A stretch of DNA of 64,000 nucleotides from Rhynchobatus australiae. Lineage: Eukaryota. Below the pieces are notes generated by a model. The model had not been told where the DNA came from and did not search any database. It saw nothing but the letters and a program-made list of their open reading frames with translations. The position numbers and the translations under genes were made by a program. How positions within the stretch are numbered: the stretch's first letter is position 1; each line of letters starts with the position of its first letter. Below are positions 26,361 to 39,029 of this stretch, piece by piece. Location: positions 98,227,747 through 98,291,746 of the forward strand of contig JAUZTB010000135.1 in NCBI GenBank assembly GCA_034780895.1, written 5' to 3'.

Positions 26361-28471
26361 CTGCAAATAAAGAATGATAACTTAGCCAATAAATCCAGGA
26401 ATAAGAACAACATTTTTCCCATTAATGTGACTATCGGCCCTGCTTTACCTGCATTCTGCTTCTTTCAACCAAAAAGGTCGATGGTTTATTTTATCTGGGA
26501 AGTCAGAGTGACCAGATTTTTCACAATTCATGCCATTATTTCACTATTCTATCACTGTTGAGGGTGAGGGGATTGCAGCTGGTGGGAAGCGCTTGAGATA
26601 AATCCTGTCAAAGCCTCATCTCTGGAGGAATTTTCAGCAGCATTCAGGCTGCACCCCAAATGCTCACATTCTGGCTCACATCTGACCAGCCCCTCCACAT
26701 TTCAAGAACTTTGGTCTCCACCATTCTTGCACCCAAAGGAGTCAATGGTTAATTGTTTTACATGGCTGAGTCACACCCTTAAATTTCAAAGTTTTATTGC
26801 TAATGGGTTTCTATTAAAATTCAATTTCCAGAAGTTCAGTATTTTGCTTCTTTTCCCCCTTTGAGGATAAAAGGTTTTATAATTTATGAATAAATAACAT
26901 TTCCTAAATAAGGTTCCTTTTCATTTACAGATTTGAGTCAATGCATTACATATCATTTATCCTCCACTATATTGGTTTCAGTTGGCCTAGTAGCCTGTTG
27001 CCCACTCAGATATCCGACACTATCATTCTCAATGTCCTTTAACTCTATTTAATTAAAATGTTATTTCTATAATGTTGGTCCTCCCCACTTTTCATAAGCA
27101 TAGTTTGTTTCTGAATGATGCAATGGGTTATACAGTTAATAAGAGTACAGAATGACTGAGATTATTTTCAGAACAGACATATATAAAATTAAAGTTTAGA
27201 TAACTAACTTAAAAATATTGTTTGGCTACAAAATGTTAAAGCAATTATTTGTAGTTAAGGAACAAATTTAAGTTAATCACTAATGTACGAATACACAGAC
27301 ACATAAACTGTAAATTCTATGCAAATGTGAATGTCCTGAAATCGTGGCCAGCTGTTGGAGTGTAATTTGTTGACTTTGCTCTGAAGCTGGGCACTGCATG
27401 AAGTTCAGTGTGGGAGTGGAAACTTGGGTGTCTTTTCCTACATTTATGTAGGACACTTATGATGGAAATTTGACCCTTGCTGGACCTGTTGCAGGCACCA
27501 TTTCTCCATTGGTTTCAGCACAACAGCAGGTTGTGAGTACCAAATGTAAATATTAGTTAATTTTTTTAATTGAGTTTATTGAAATGGTNNNNNNNNNNNN
27601 NNNNNNNNNNNNNNNNNNNNNNNNNNNNNNNNNNNNNNNNNNNNNNNNNNNNNNNNNNNNNNNNNNNNNNNNNNNNNNNNNNNNNNNNNNNNNNNNNNNN
27701 NNNNNNNNNNNNNNNNNNNNNNNNNNNNNNNNNNNNNNNNNNNNNNNNNNNNNNNNNNNNNNNNNNNNNNNNNNNNNNNNNNNNNNNNNNNNNNNNNNNN
27801 NNNNNNNNNNNNNNNNNNNNNNNNNNNNNNNNNNNNNNNNNNNNNNNNNNNNNNNNNNNNNNNNNNNNNNNNNNNNNNNNNNNNNNNNNNNNNNNNNNNN
27901 NNNNNNNNNNNNNNNNNNNNNNNNNNNNNNNNNNNNNNNNNNNNNNNNNNNNNNNNNNNNNNNNNNNNNNNNNNNNNNNNNNNNNNNNNNNNNNNNNNNN
28001 NNNNNNNNNNNNNNNNNNNNNNNNNNNNNNNNNNNNNNNNNNNNNNNNNNNNNNNNNNNNNNNNNNNNNNNNNNNNNNNNNNNNNNNNNNNNNNNNNNNN
28101 NNNNNNNNNNNNNNNNNNNNNNNNNNNNNNNNNNNNNNNNNNNNNNNNNNNNNNNNNNNNNNNNNNNNNNNNNNNNNNNNNNNNNNNNNNNNNNNNNNNN
28201 NNNNNNNNNNNNNNNNNNNNNNNNNNNNNNNNNNNNNNNNNNNNNNNNNNNNNNNNNNNNNNNNNNNNNNNNNNNNNNNNNNNNNNNNNNNNNNNNNNNN
28301 NNNNNNNNNNNNNNNNNNNNNNNNNNNNNNNNNNNNNNNNNNNNNNNNNNNNNNNNNNNNNNNNNNNNNNNNNNNNNNNNNNNNNNNNNNNNNNNNNNNN
28401 NNNNNNNNNNNNNNNNNNNNNNNNNNNNNNNNNNNNNNNNNNNNNNNNNNNNNNNNNNNNNNNNNNNNNAT

Positions 28472-28765
28472 GTATGTAGAGTCATACAGCATGGAAGCAG
28501 GCCCTTTGGCCCAACTGGTCCATGCTGATCAAGATGCCCATCCAAGCCAGTCCCAGTTGCCAGCATCTGGCCCATAACCTTCTAAACCTTTCCAATCCAT
28601 GGACCTGTCCAACTGTCTTTTAAAAGTTGTTATCGTACCTGCCTTAACCACTTCCTCTGGCAGCTCGTTCCACATGGATACCACCCTTTGTTTAAAAAAG
28701 TTGACCCTCAAGTTCCTCTTAAATCTTTCCACGCTCAATCTATGTCCTCTGGTTCTTGATACCCT
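28472..28765 (-). mobile_element. CR1/HER1-type LINE 3' end
   Basis: ORF 28529-28834 contains SRTRGHRL..RNLRVNFFKQRVVSMWNELPEEVVKAGTITTFKRQLDRSM, followed by a gggccaaagggcctgcttcc tail. Confidence 0.9.
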
Positions 28766-29139
28766 AATTCCAGTTTTAAGAACTTTAAATATTTTGCATG
28801 TATCCGAGTGACAGAAACATTCAAAATCATTCAAAATGGCTCATGGCTGAGCTCACTGTCAAGTTGTATTCAGTAGCTTTGAGGGTGGAGCTTGTTCTGG
28901 TTGTCCTGCACCACTTGTCCTGTTGGGACACCAGGCAAGGAAAGTCAGCAGTGAGCTTGAGTAGCTTGTTACTGGCCTTAGGTTCCAGGCCAATGAGCAG
29001 CACAGCCTCCTGCCCTGTAAACATCTGTATCAATTTAAGGAACATCATCATTTTTAAGGCCAGATACTCCACCACCTACAAATTTATGTGGAAATGTGGT
29101 GAGCGAATAAAAAAGGGAAACCAAGTTTGTGCCTTTTAA

Positions 29140-30700
29140 AATTCCTGGCAACTCAACATTTATTGCTTGACCTAAAATGGCCTTGAGAGTGTGGCGATCA
29201 GACTGTTTATTGCTGTCCTTGTGGTGACTGCACTCTTGAGTTGCACATTCCAATATCTTAAGCCAGTAATGATGAAGGGACAGTGAAGTATTTCTTTGCT
29301 GGTATAGGCTATGACTCGGAGAGAAACCTGCAGGTGGTAGTGTTTTTATGTGCCTGATGCCTCTAAACATCTAAGTGCTAGAGGTTGCATGTTTGGGAGG
29401 CGCTAGCTAAGAACCTTTGATGACGTTCTGCACAGCATGTTGAAGGTGATACACACTGCAGCCACAGTAAAAGCTTAAAATGAAGGGCTGGATATCAATC
29501 TGGTGTAATGCTTTGATCTGGATGTTGTTGACCTTCTTATGTGTTGTTGGTGCTGGACTCCTCCAGGCAATTGGAATACTTCCTGTCATATCCCTGAGTT
29601 GTAACTTGTAGATGGTGAAAAGGCATTGGGTGGGTGAGGGTCACTCAATACTAAATCAGAATCAGGTTTATTGTCACCGTATGTTGTGAAATTTGTTGTT
29701 TTGTGGCAGCAGTACGGTGCAAGACATATAGACATTAAAAACTACTATAAATTACAAAAATAAATAAANNNNNNNNNNNNNNNNNNNNNNNNNNNNNNNN
29801 NNNNNNNNNNNNNNNNNNNNNNNNNNNNNNNNNNNNNNNNNNNNNNNNNNNNNNNNNNNNNNNNNNNNNNNNNNNNNNNNNNNNNNNNNNNNNNNNNNNN
29901 NNNNNNNNNNNNNNNNNNNNNNNNNNNNNNNNNNNNNNNNNNNNNNNNNNNNNNNNNNNNNNNNNNNNNNNNNNNNNNNNNNNNNNNNNNNNNNNNNNNN
30001 NNNNNNNNNNNNNNNNNNNNNNNNNNNNNNNNNNNNNNNNNNNNNNNNNNNNNNNNNNNNNNNNNNNNNNNNNNNNNNGCTGAGTCTACAACCCTCTGCA
30101 GCCTCTTTCGATCCTGCACATTGGAGCCTCCACACCAGGTGGTGATGCAACCAGTCAGAATGCTCTCCACCATACATCTGTAGAAATTTGCAATGCAGTA
30201 GATCCGCTGGCGTGCCTTCTTCATGATTGCATCAATGTGTTGGGCTCAAGATAGATCCTGTGAGATGTTGACTTCCAGGATCTTGAAGCTGCTCACCCTT
30301 TCCACTGCTGACCCCTCAATGAAGACTGGTGTGTGTTCTCCGACTTCTCCTTCCTGAAGTTCACAATCAATTCCTTGGTCTTGATGTTGAGTGCGAGGTT
30401 GTTTGTGCGACACCACTAAACCAGCCAATCTTTCTCACTCCTATACGCCTCCTTGTCGCCATCTGTGTTTCTGCCAACAGCAGTGGCGTTGGGAACTGGG
30501 CACCCAGCTTCCAACCAATTATTAAAAACACAGCATTTATACAGCCATCTCTGTTAAGCTTCTGGTCAATGGCGACTCCCTAAGTATTTGATGCCCTGGT
30601 AGGCTGGATCATGGTAATCTAGTTGAATATCAAGGGAGATGCTTAGGACCTCTTTTTCTTGGAGGTGGTCATTGCCTGACATTTGTGTGACATGTATGAC
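29140..30700 (-). mobile_element. Old CR1/L2-group LINE 3' region, split by a Rex1-type insertion
   Basis: 29140-29650 and 30490-30700 align in reverse complement with the plus-strand copies at 39820-40250 and 53400-54145, and appear colinear across the insertion. Confidence 0.65.
29654..30488 (-). mobile_element. Rex1/Babar-type LINE 3' part (RT C-terminus) with an internal gap
   Basis: Peptides HTPVFIEGSAVERVSSFKILEVNISQDLS and KKARQR..ANFYRCMVESILTGCITTWCGGSNVQDRKRLQRVV; terminus aatcagaatcaggtttattgtcac. Confidence 0.9.
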
Positions 30701-31263
30701 ATTTTATCTGTAATGAGGTTAAATACCAAAATTCTAACATGTAACCAGAAATATTGTACATATGGTAAATATATTTCAGAAATAACTAGAGTTTGACTGG
30801 AAGTCATCTTTCTTTAATGAACTTAAAAATGTAGCCTAAAAATTGCAGGAAGACCCTTTGATCAACAGATTAGCCATGATTCAGAATCTTAATTGTAGGT
30901 GCCAATAAAATGAATGATCTTTTAGAGCACAATGGGTATTTTATTTGCAGATTAAACTACAAATAATTAGTCCTAGAAATGTTCTTTAATTATTGGCAAA
31001 TGTCAAAAATATAAGCTAACAACCAAATGCATTTAATACTAAATGACTAAACAATCAATGGGATTTTGGTCAAAAGTTCAATGCTGTTCCAAGCAACAAT
31101 AGTTGATGTCCTCATTTTGATGGAACACAAACATTTCATGGCTCAGTGAATTAAGAGCCCTTGTTAGTCTGAAATATGTAATGTAAACTTCTCTCAGTAA
31201 ACTGGGTTGAACTTTTGAAATGGTAAAATCTGACACGATGATGTTCCCGACACAATGACACGA

Positions 31264-31308
31264 TCTCCATGTTCCTGCTATCGTTCAGTGGTAGCAGGAA
31301 CGTGGAGA
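31264..31308. repeat. Short near-perfect inverted repeat (hairpin)
   Basis: tctccatgttcctgctatcg-ttcag-tggtagcaggaacgtggaga forms a 20-bp stem with three G-U pairs and a 5-nt loop on the plus strand. Confidence 0.8.
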
Positions 31309-33569
31309 AGCACAGGGTTCATCCAGGAACTGGAAACAGAAACCTTACCCAAATTCCTAGAATGGGGATTTTAAAGGACGGACCTTCAAAATAAAGCTTG
31401 GGCTGTTTCATCATTGAAACAGGAAACCGGAAACCAGAAAGACTCCAGTTACAATTGTGCAAATATGCTTTAACTTAAGTGGTGACTGCAGAATTAGAAG
31501 AAATAGATTGCTTGCGGTAGTTTCCCACAAAGACTTTGATAATACCTTCCAGCGAGGTTGCTGCAGAAGTTGAAGGGAGGGGATATTCTGGATTNNNNNN
31601 NNNNNNNNNNNNNNNNNNNNNNNNNNNNNNNNNNNNNNNNNNNNNNNNNNNNNNNNNNNNNNNNNNNNNNNNNNNNNNNNNNNNNNNNNNNNNNNNNNNN
31701 NNNNNNNNNNNNNNNNNNNNNNNNNNNNNNNNNNNNNNNNNNNNNNNNNNNNNNNNNNNNNNNNNNNNNNNNNNNNNNNNNNNNNCAGAGAAGCTGAGTA
31801 CTTTCAGAATCTGCAGTATTTTAATTTTGGACATTCTTGCTTAATGAGGTCAGACTGAAATAAAATCTGAAATAATAAGACACTCAGCAGTTAGTAAGTC
31901 TATATTACAAATTATTAATTGAAAATACAGATGGAATAACAAGCAACTTTTCTTTTAAAATATGCATACTTTTATAATTTTAGGAAGTAACAAATGGTAG
32001 CAATCAAGACTGTTACTAGCATCAAACAATAATCATTTCTCATTACTCATCTTAGAAATAATGCAAAAGTATGGTCATTAAAAGGATAAAAAAGTTTTTG
32101 AACCTCTAAAATCTTTAAATTAATAAAAATAAAGGGATTTATTTCCACAACAATACTTGTGGAAAGGCTTCATTCCTTTGAAGTTAGATAGAAGATAATG
32201 AGGGTTGGTAGTGACTGCATTATGGTTGTGAAATATGGTCTTGTTCTGAACCAGTCATTCTCCTGCATCAGATTATTTAGTAGCTCTTAAGATTAGAATC
32301 GTGGAGTAATAATTATGAGGGTCACAGGGGTTTTGATGAGAACATGCTAGAAGGCACCATCTTCAGATGTTTCCATCTCCTTAGATATGCATTTAATATA
32401 ATTAGCACAAAAAGATTGCTATTGTAGTTATTTTGATTTTTCTGTAAAGAACCATCCTACATTTAAAATCATTGTTCAAAAACTTGAGAAGTGGAGAATT
32501 TACAGTGAAAAATTGGAAAAATTTAAGCTAGACAACATATTGGCATGTATGTTTTTTGCAAAATAATTCTCTCTATTTTAATGTACTGTTTTAAAGTAAC
32601 AAATGGTTACTAACAGTTCTTATCTTTTAAAAAACACATTACAATTAAGATAGAAATGAGAAAAATAATCTTCAGTTTCCAGTGCCTGCCTTTGTATTGA
32701 TGGGACATTTAGTTTGAAGCAGGAGAAAGGCTGTCGACCTATTTCATCCAATTAACATTGAGACACTGAATTCTGTTCAGATCTGTTGATCTGAAAAAGA
32801 TTCAGTTGCCCTGTGTTTAGACTCACTTATCCCCTGTATTAGGACATGTGCCAGATGGAATTAGATTACCTGGCCAGAGCTTTTGTTGGTATTTCAGGGA
32901 GAACAGGAACACAATGAGCTTTCGAATTAATAGNNNNNNNNNNNNNNNNNNNNNNNNNNNNNNNNNNNNNNNNNNNNNNNNNNNNNNNNNNNNNNNNNNN
33001 NNNNNNNNNNNNNNNNNNNNNNNNNNNNNNNNNNNNNTTTTTCCCTGGAATAGAAATTAATGTATTTCAAAGCAGATAATTATTTAGATAAAATACACTT
33101 CAAAAATGTAATTTATAATTTTAGGCAAATTTTATTAGAAAACCCAGTGATTCTGATAGCCAGCCTAACATGATACATAATTCTTTTACCATTTGTGCCT
33201 GACATACAGATTTTTTTCAATTTTACCAAATAATTTATTGAATAAAAATCATACAGCATTTTTTATAATATCCTTAAACCATATCAGATGACTAGGATAT
33301 GAAACTATGAAACCAAGCAAAATTATCACAAGAATTTGATTCAGTGAACTGAATCTGGCCCAAGCTGATGAAAATCTATTCCCTTTGCGGGTGGTAATGA
33401 ACTGTTCTGAAATGTGCTCTGGCAGCTTCAATCCAGTTCTTAACAGCACAACACAGCCCGCAACTTGGCACCAATGGATAATCTCAGATAGCAAGGTGTT
33501 AGGTTGACTTCTCTGAGAAGAATGAAGGACGTGAAGGTCCAAAGGAGGGTGCAGAAAAAGTTTAATCAA

Positions 33570-34090
33570 GAGATTCTGTGGATGAGGGACTTCAGACACA
33601 CGGTTAGACTGGAGAAGATGAAGTTGTTCTCCTTGGAGGAAGGAAGTTGGGAGGAAGATTTGGGGTGAAAATAACTCACCTTTCTCATCAGTATTGTGTC
33701 ATTAACATTGCTGGTTTACACAGCATAGATACAACCCAGTTGTACAGCACTTTCTCACCAAAAGGATGTGCAAGACCAGACCAGCCTACTTTCATCCTTG
33801 AGGAGATTTGATAAAAGTATGACAAATCAGAGATGAAGTAAGTCAAGGAAGGTCTTCCAATACTGGATGGATCAAGGACCAGACGTCACAGATTTATAGC
33901 TCATGGCAGAAGAATCAGNNNNNNNNNNNNNNNNNNNNNNNNNNNNNNNNNNNNNNNNNNNNNNNNNNNNNNNNNNNNNNNNNNNNNNNNNNNNNNNNNN
34001 NNNNNNNNNNNNNNNNNNAGAATCAGGTGGGATGTGAGTGGGAACATTTTATTACAGGGAGTGTTTATGAGTTGCAGCTCACTGGCTGTA
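33570..34090 (+). mobile_element. Degraded CR1-type LINE 3' fragment with a small internal insertion
   Basis: RLEKMKLFSLEEG, ggagatttgataaaagt and SRTRRHRF-like motifs; unrelated sequence at 33662-33797. Confidence 0.65.
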
Positions 34091-34469
34091 AATATGATGC
34101 AAACACAACCTTAAACCCAATAAAATGACAGCAAATAGTTTTGTCTATTTTGGAGATTCTTTTACTCTCTGCTTGGTGCTTTTTCATATGCTATGATTTA
34201 ACATGGATATTTGGGCTGTGGAACGTTGTAAGGCCATAATTCTCATCTTGTTCATTTTTGTCCTTTTATTGAAGCATAAAATTTGGTAAAGCCCTTTTAC
34301 TCTGATTATAATTCCAACCACATCAAAACAAGGTTATTTGCGGTACCTTGGAGATGTGCATTGTAGGGATTTCAATTGCATCAAGGGGCTAAATTGGAAG
34401 CAGCTGCAGGAGAAGGGTACAGGCATCTTTGTACACCCTCAGTAATACCCCAAATAAAGACCAGGCCAA

Positions 34470-34680
34470 CTTTGGGAAGTTCAGCAGGTCGAGCAGCATC
34501 TGTGGGTGGGACAAGAATTGTCAAAATTTCGGGCTGAAACCCTGCATTAGTCCTGGTGCAAGGTTTCATCCTGAAATATCGACAATCCCTTTCCCTCCAC
34601 AGATGCTGCTCAACCCGTTGAGTTTCTCTAGCAGATTGTTTGTTGCTCCAGATTCCAGCATCTGCAGTGTCTTGTGTCTC
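34470..34680. mobile_element. Palindromic element made of two inverted Penelope-type pseudo-LTR units
   Basis: 34481-34550 and 34553-34621 are imperfect reverse complements (gagcagcatctgtgg / ccacagatgctgctc; gaaaccctgca / tgcaaggtttc). The right arm continues into ccagattccagcatctgcagt. Confidence 0.8.
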
Positions 34681-34684
34681 CTTG

Positions 34685-35010
34685 GAGAAGCTGCTATTGG
34701 GTGCCCCCATTTCATCAGCGAGGGAATGACGAACATGTCACTTGTTACAGATCGCCAGGTCACTGACAGACAGAGTGCAATATTATCCGCTGTTGTGAAG
34801 GTGACAAATACCATAGCGGCCAATGTCACAAAAAGTACCAAACCGTGGAGCTGGGTCAGTGAGCTTGAGCTATCCGCAATGATATTAGGGAAGAAGTTCT
34901 GGGATTTTGACCCAGCGATGGTGAAGGAACAGCAATTTATTTCCAAGTCAGTATAGTGTGCGGTTCAGAGGGCAACTTCCAGGGGTTGGTGTTCTCATGT
35001 TCCTGCTGTC
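34685..35010 (-). mobile_element. Old CR1/L2-group LINE 3' UTR fragment
   Basis: gggaagaagttctgggattttgacccagcgatggtgaaggaacagcaatttatttccaagtcagtatagtgtgcggttcagagggcaacttccaggggttggtgttctcatg matches 29250-29350 and is the reverse complement of ~53910-54000. Confidence 0.65.
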
Positions 35011-37329
35011 CTTGGGGCAGGCAAATGCCATGTTCTCCAAGCCTTGCACATTCATTGTTTGGTCATTGTGACCCAGCTGCCTAAGGAGGCAAAAATAATT
35101 TGAGTGAAAGAATTTCCATAGGGCCAAGTATTTTTTTGTTATGTTAAAAATACACAGGACATATATTAACATTTGTAAATGTTACATTTTTATTCCAGGA
35201 TTGGCATTATAAAGTAATTAATACTTTCATTGATATAGTAGCCTAAAATGTGATATGAATGCATTATTAGCAAGTTTATTTTACAAACAATAATCTTCAG
35301 AATTTGTCCAATATTTTAACAGAGTTATTACATTTAATTACAAGGTATGAAGAGGAACTTCAGGTGGATGCATGAATGCAACGGTTGCTGATATCACACT
35401 GCAAGAATTCAGTCCAATGCCTGTTTTGATCATAAATAGGCTGATAAATTACATTGACATTCTGTCAAGAAATATCTTAAGGGTTTAAAAATAAACTGTA
35501 AAAGGAAGTTGGACAGGACAACTTATACTGCCAAAATCTCTGCAAAAATTTAATTTCCTTGGGGAGGTGAGTTGTCAAATGCAAACCCTACAAGAAGAAA
35601 AGCTCCCTGTAACATTCCTTTCTGTGCAAAAGCAATCAAGCAAGAACTGCAAGGCTTAATTTAATATTACAATACACATTATGCAACTGTCATTGTAAGT
35701 TTCCCACTGATGGCTATAACAGAACCAGAAATGCTGTGTTGTATAGAGTGTTTGATCACCCAAAGTTGTTCCTCATAATTTTCAAGCTCCCTTAAAATCT
35801 GATATACATCAGTACTTCGCCAAAGAATGTATACTTTATTTCCATAACTTGAGTGGTAATCTATGCCACATGCCGACAAGTTTGTACGAAATATTTTAAA
35901 GTCTAGTCTCCAGTATCACTTCAGATTTCTAATACCACATTTATGTCCTTAATTATGTGGCCAAAGTTCAATATACCCCTTGTGTACTATTGATATTAAA
36001 CTAATTGATCTGTGATTTGGTTCCAGATCTACTTTCAAATATGTGATAAGTTGAACCACATTTCAGATGTTTAGAGTAACCAGAATCTTGCCTATTTCCT
36101 TGCTTATTTCCTCCTTCGATGGTGTATCCCATCTGGCTTTTGCCATCTCTAGACAATCATCCTGTGTATAGTTAGGTTACCTTACAAACTCTAATGATAG
36201 CCAAATGTTTTTAGGAGCAATGATCTTTTTTTTTGATTTGATACTAACCACCTTTTCAGTAATAAATCAACTTGAACTGCACCGAATTACCACCGGAATG
36301 ACTCAAACACCATCAAAGTTTATTTTTAGGCTGTAGATTTTAAATAGGTGAAACTGCTATATCTTGTTTTTTACATCCTGTCTAAATGTTGGCTTTATAA
36401 AGCACATTTAAAAAAACAATTTTTACCAATGACTAGTAATTAGTTGTAGTCTTATACTTATGTGAAAATATTTCTGCTATTTGTATAGCTACATTGAAGT
36501 ATTCATATTTATAATGACATAACAGAACATATTATGATTTCTAAGCAATATGTACAAGAATTTGCTAATTATTTTATAATTTTCAGGTGATTGAACAAAC
36601 TTCAACCAATTCAACATCAATTGAACCCCATATTTTCTTTGGAAATTGCTATTAGTCCTGCCCCCTTCCATGCATAAGAGAAAAGGATGTGGGAAATTAT
36701 AATGATAAATGAAGACATTTCTATCGCATTTAACATCAATACAAAATGTTTTAACTTCACTCTGAGAGTAAACTTGTGGCCTTTGAAAATCTGCTTTGTT
36801 ACTTAGTGTTTCCATTGTTCCAGCTGGATGAGACTTGCATCCACTACTGATCCAGGAGGATTTATCATAGGAGAATGGATGGAAACTCTCGCTGTTGGCT
36901 GTATGCCTGCAGCAGTTTCAGGAAAGCAAGTGTGGTATCTTTTGTAATCTTCTCCTCCATTTTCTATATTCAACTACAATGATTTCTACTTCAAGGTTAC
37001 TTTTTATCTTATCTTTCTATTTATTTGTTTGTGGGATGTGGGGTAATATTGGAAAGGCAGTAAGACCAACCAATGGCATGAACATTCCTTGGAGAATATC
37101 AACAAAATTGGGTTACAACAGACTGTCAGATCAACTGAATTCAATTCAACAATTCACCATGGTGTGATTCAAACTCAAAAAAATTGGACTGGCAGTCCGA
37201 TGCCATAATTGCCATATTCCATGACATCTGCTTCTATCTACAAGCAAGGTCTCAGGAAAATGGTGGAAGACGGTGTCAAGTCCAGAACCTTTGCAAAGGG
37301 ATCTGACATTCCTTGCTTTCATTTGTGAC

Positions 37330-37700
37330 TGTTTTATTGATACATTTGCGATTTGATTTCATTTTTGGAACACGATTGTTCCTTTATTGCATCCCGTGTT
37401 TACATTCTGAGCCATACAACCTCCCTCCAGCTCTGACTCTGTGCCTATTCCTTCCATTCCTCACTGCTATGTGTGCTTCCAGCTACCTGGGTCCCGTGGG
37501 CTGGAATTACCTCTGAAGATTCCTCCACTCTTCCTTCTCCCGCTCCTTCCTAAAGAACCTTAAACCTCATTGCTGTGGTTAAGCCTTGAATCTCGCCCTC
37601 CTCCTGACATCTCCATGAGCCTCAGAAGCACTTCTTGATTATGCCAATCTGGGACATTTTTCCATAAGAAAGTGGGTATAAAATATACTTTCCATTAATT
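37330..37700 (+). mobile_element. Degraded L2 LINE 3' end
   Basis: ASSYLGPVGWNYL resembles the L2 motif AFS..gP.LWNSLP; pyrimidine-rich body and gaagcactt..tgggacatttt..tataaat tail. Confidence 0.55.
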
Positions 37701-39029
37701 GTAGTAATAATAGAATTATAAAATCTACTAAGATCATTCCTCATCCCTTCATAATTCCTGAACTTGTTCTGATCCAGTGATGAGCTTCCTATTAATCTGC
37801 TTTTGCATATTGATTTTACGTCACCTTAATATCGTGTAAACAAGCCTTAACGTTTCTATTATCTTTTGATCTCCACTTTCTATGATCTCCACTTTATCCT
37901 CCTCTCTCACAGTCACAAAATTTGTTCTAGTTTCTATTATTTTTGGCCATTGCCAAAACTGTAATAGCAAATCTGACAATAAAATGAAGACTTAGACCCA
38001 AGTTGTCTTCTACTACATAGCTATTAATCAGTTTATTGCACTATTAAATCTAACATGGCAGTTGCTGTGNNNNNNNNNNNNNNNNNNNNNNNNNNNNNNN
38101 NNNNNNNNNNNNNNNNNNNNNNNNNNNNNNNNNNNNNNNNNNNNNNNNNNNNNNNNNNNNNNNNNNNNNCTAACATGGCAGTTGCTGTGATGTCCTCCGT
38201 GGCACACTATGTCAAACAGAGTGCCATTGTCTTTATTCAGTTTTCTGGGGTTATAACGTTTCCTCACAGCTCATCTGAAATACCCATCCCTTCTGTAAGT
38301 ATTTGAACCCTTTCATTTTTTATCTTGTTCATTTAGAAACAGTGCTGACAGGACATGTCCTTATCATTTATGATGTTAATGCTTGAGGCTTTTGTTATTT
38401 TACCTTCGTCTATTACTTTAACACTTTGATAACACCTGTGGCCATTCAAACTCAATAATTCTCCCTCCAAACAAATGGGCCCATTGTTTCAATTTATTTT
38501 CATTCTGCTAGGACATCTTGTGTGTACCTACCTGCCCTGAGAACAATTCCAGGAGAAGGAAGAACATAATTGGTCATTTGGTCTTTTCATTTTGCTTAGG
38601 CTATTCTCTATTTTGTGAAATACTTCATTAATAATGCCATAATTAACTTCCCAAACAGAGCATCTCAAAATAATTCCTAACTTCTTTATTTTGTTCGAGA
38701 GAAGTTGGTGACATTGCTCAGGGTGTTTTTATCGTCCATCCTTTGTCCCAATGTGGTAGTGATGCACTGCTTTCTCACGCCCACAATGGTATTGGTTGAG
38801 GAAATTTGGGATATTGATGATTTATGTCCAAGCCAAGATGGTATGTGACTTTGGCAGGGGGTGAGGATGGACATAGAGGTGAAGTGGAGCTGGGTGCAGG
38901 TAAAATGTAGCCTGACTGCCTAAGGAAGGAAGGAGAGATGAAAGAAGGAACCAAAGGTCAATTAATCAGTGGAGGGCAGATGGGCTCTGAGGAGGATTCA
39001 AAGAGTCTGGGGAGTGTTCAGACCAGTTT

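Noticed and set aside
34429-34956. 175-aa gap-free ORF
   Set aside because: It spans the palindromic Penelope-derived element and an antisense LINE 3' UTR, so it is a chance read-through.
35679-36815. Protein-looking minus-strand ORFs (35679-35879 and 36489-36815), considered as viral or Polinton relics
   Set aside because: No recognisable motifs, no continuous frame between them and no supporting splice signals.
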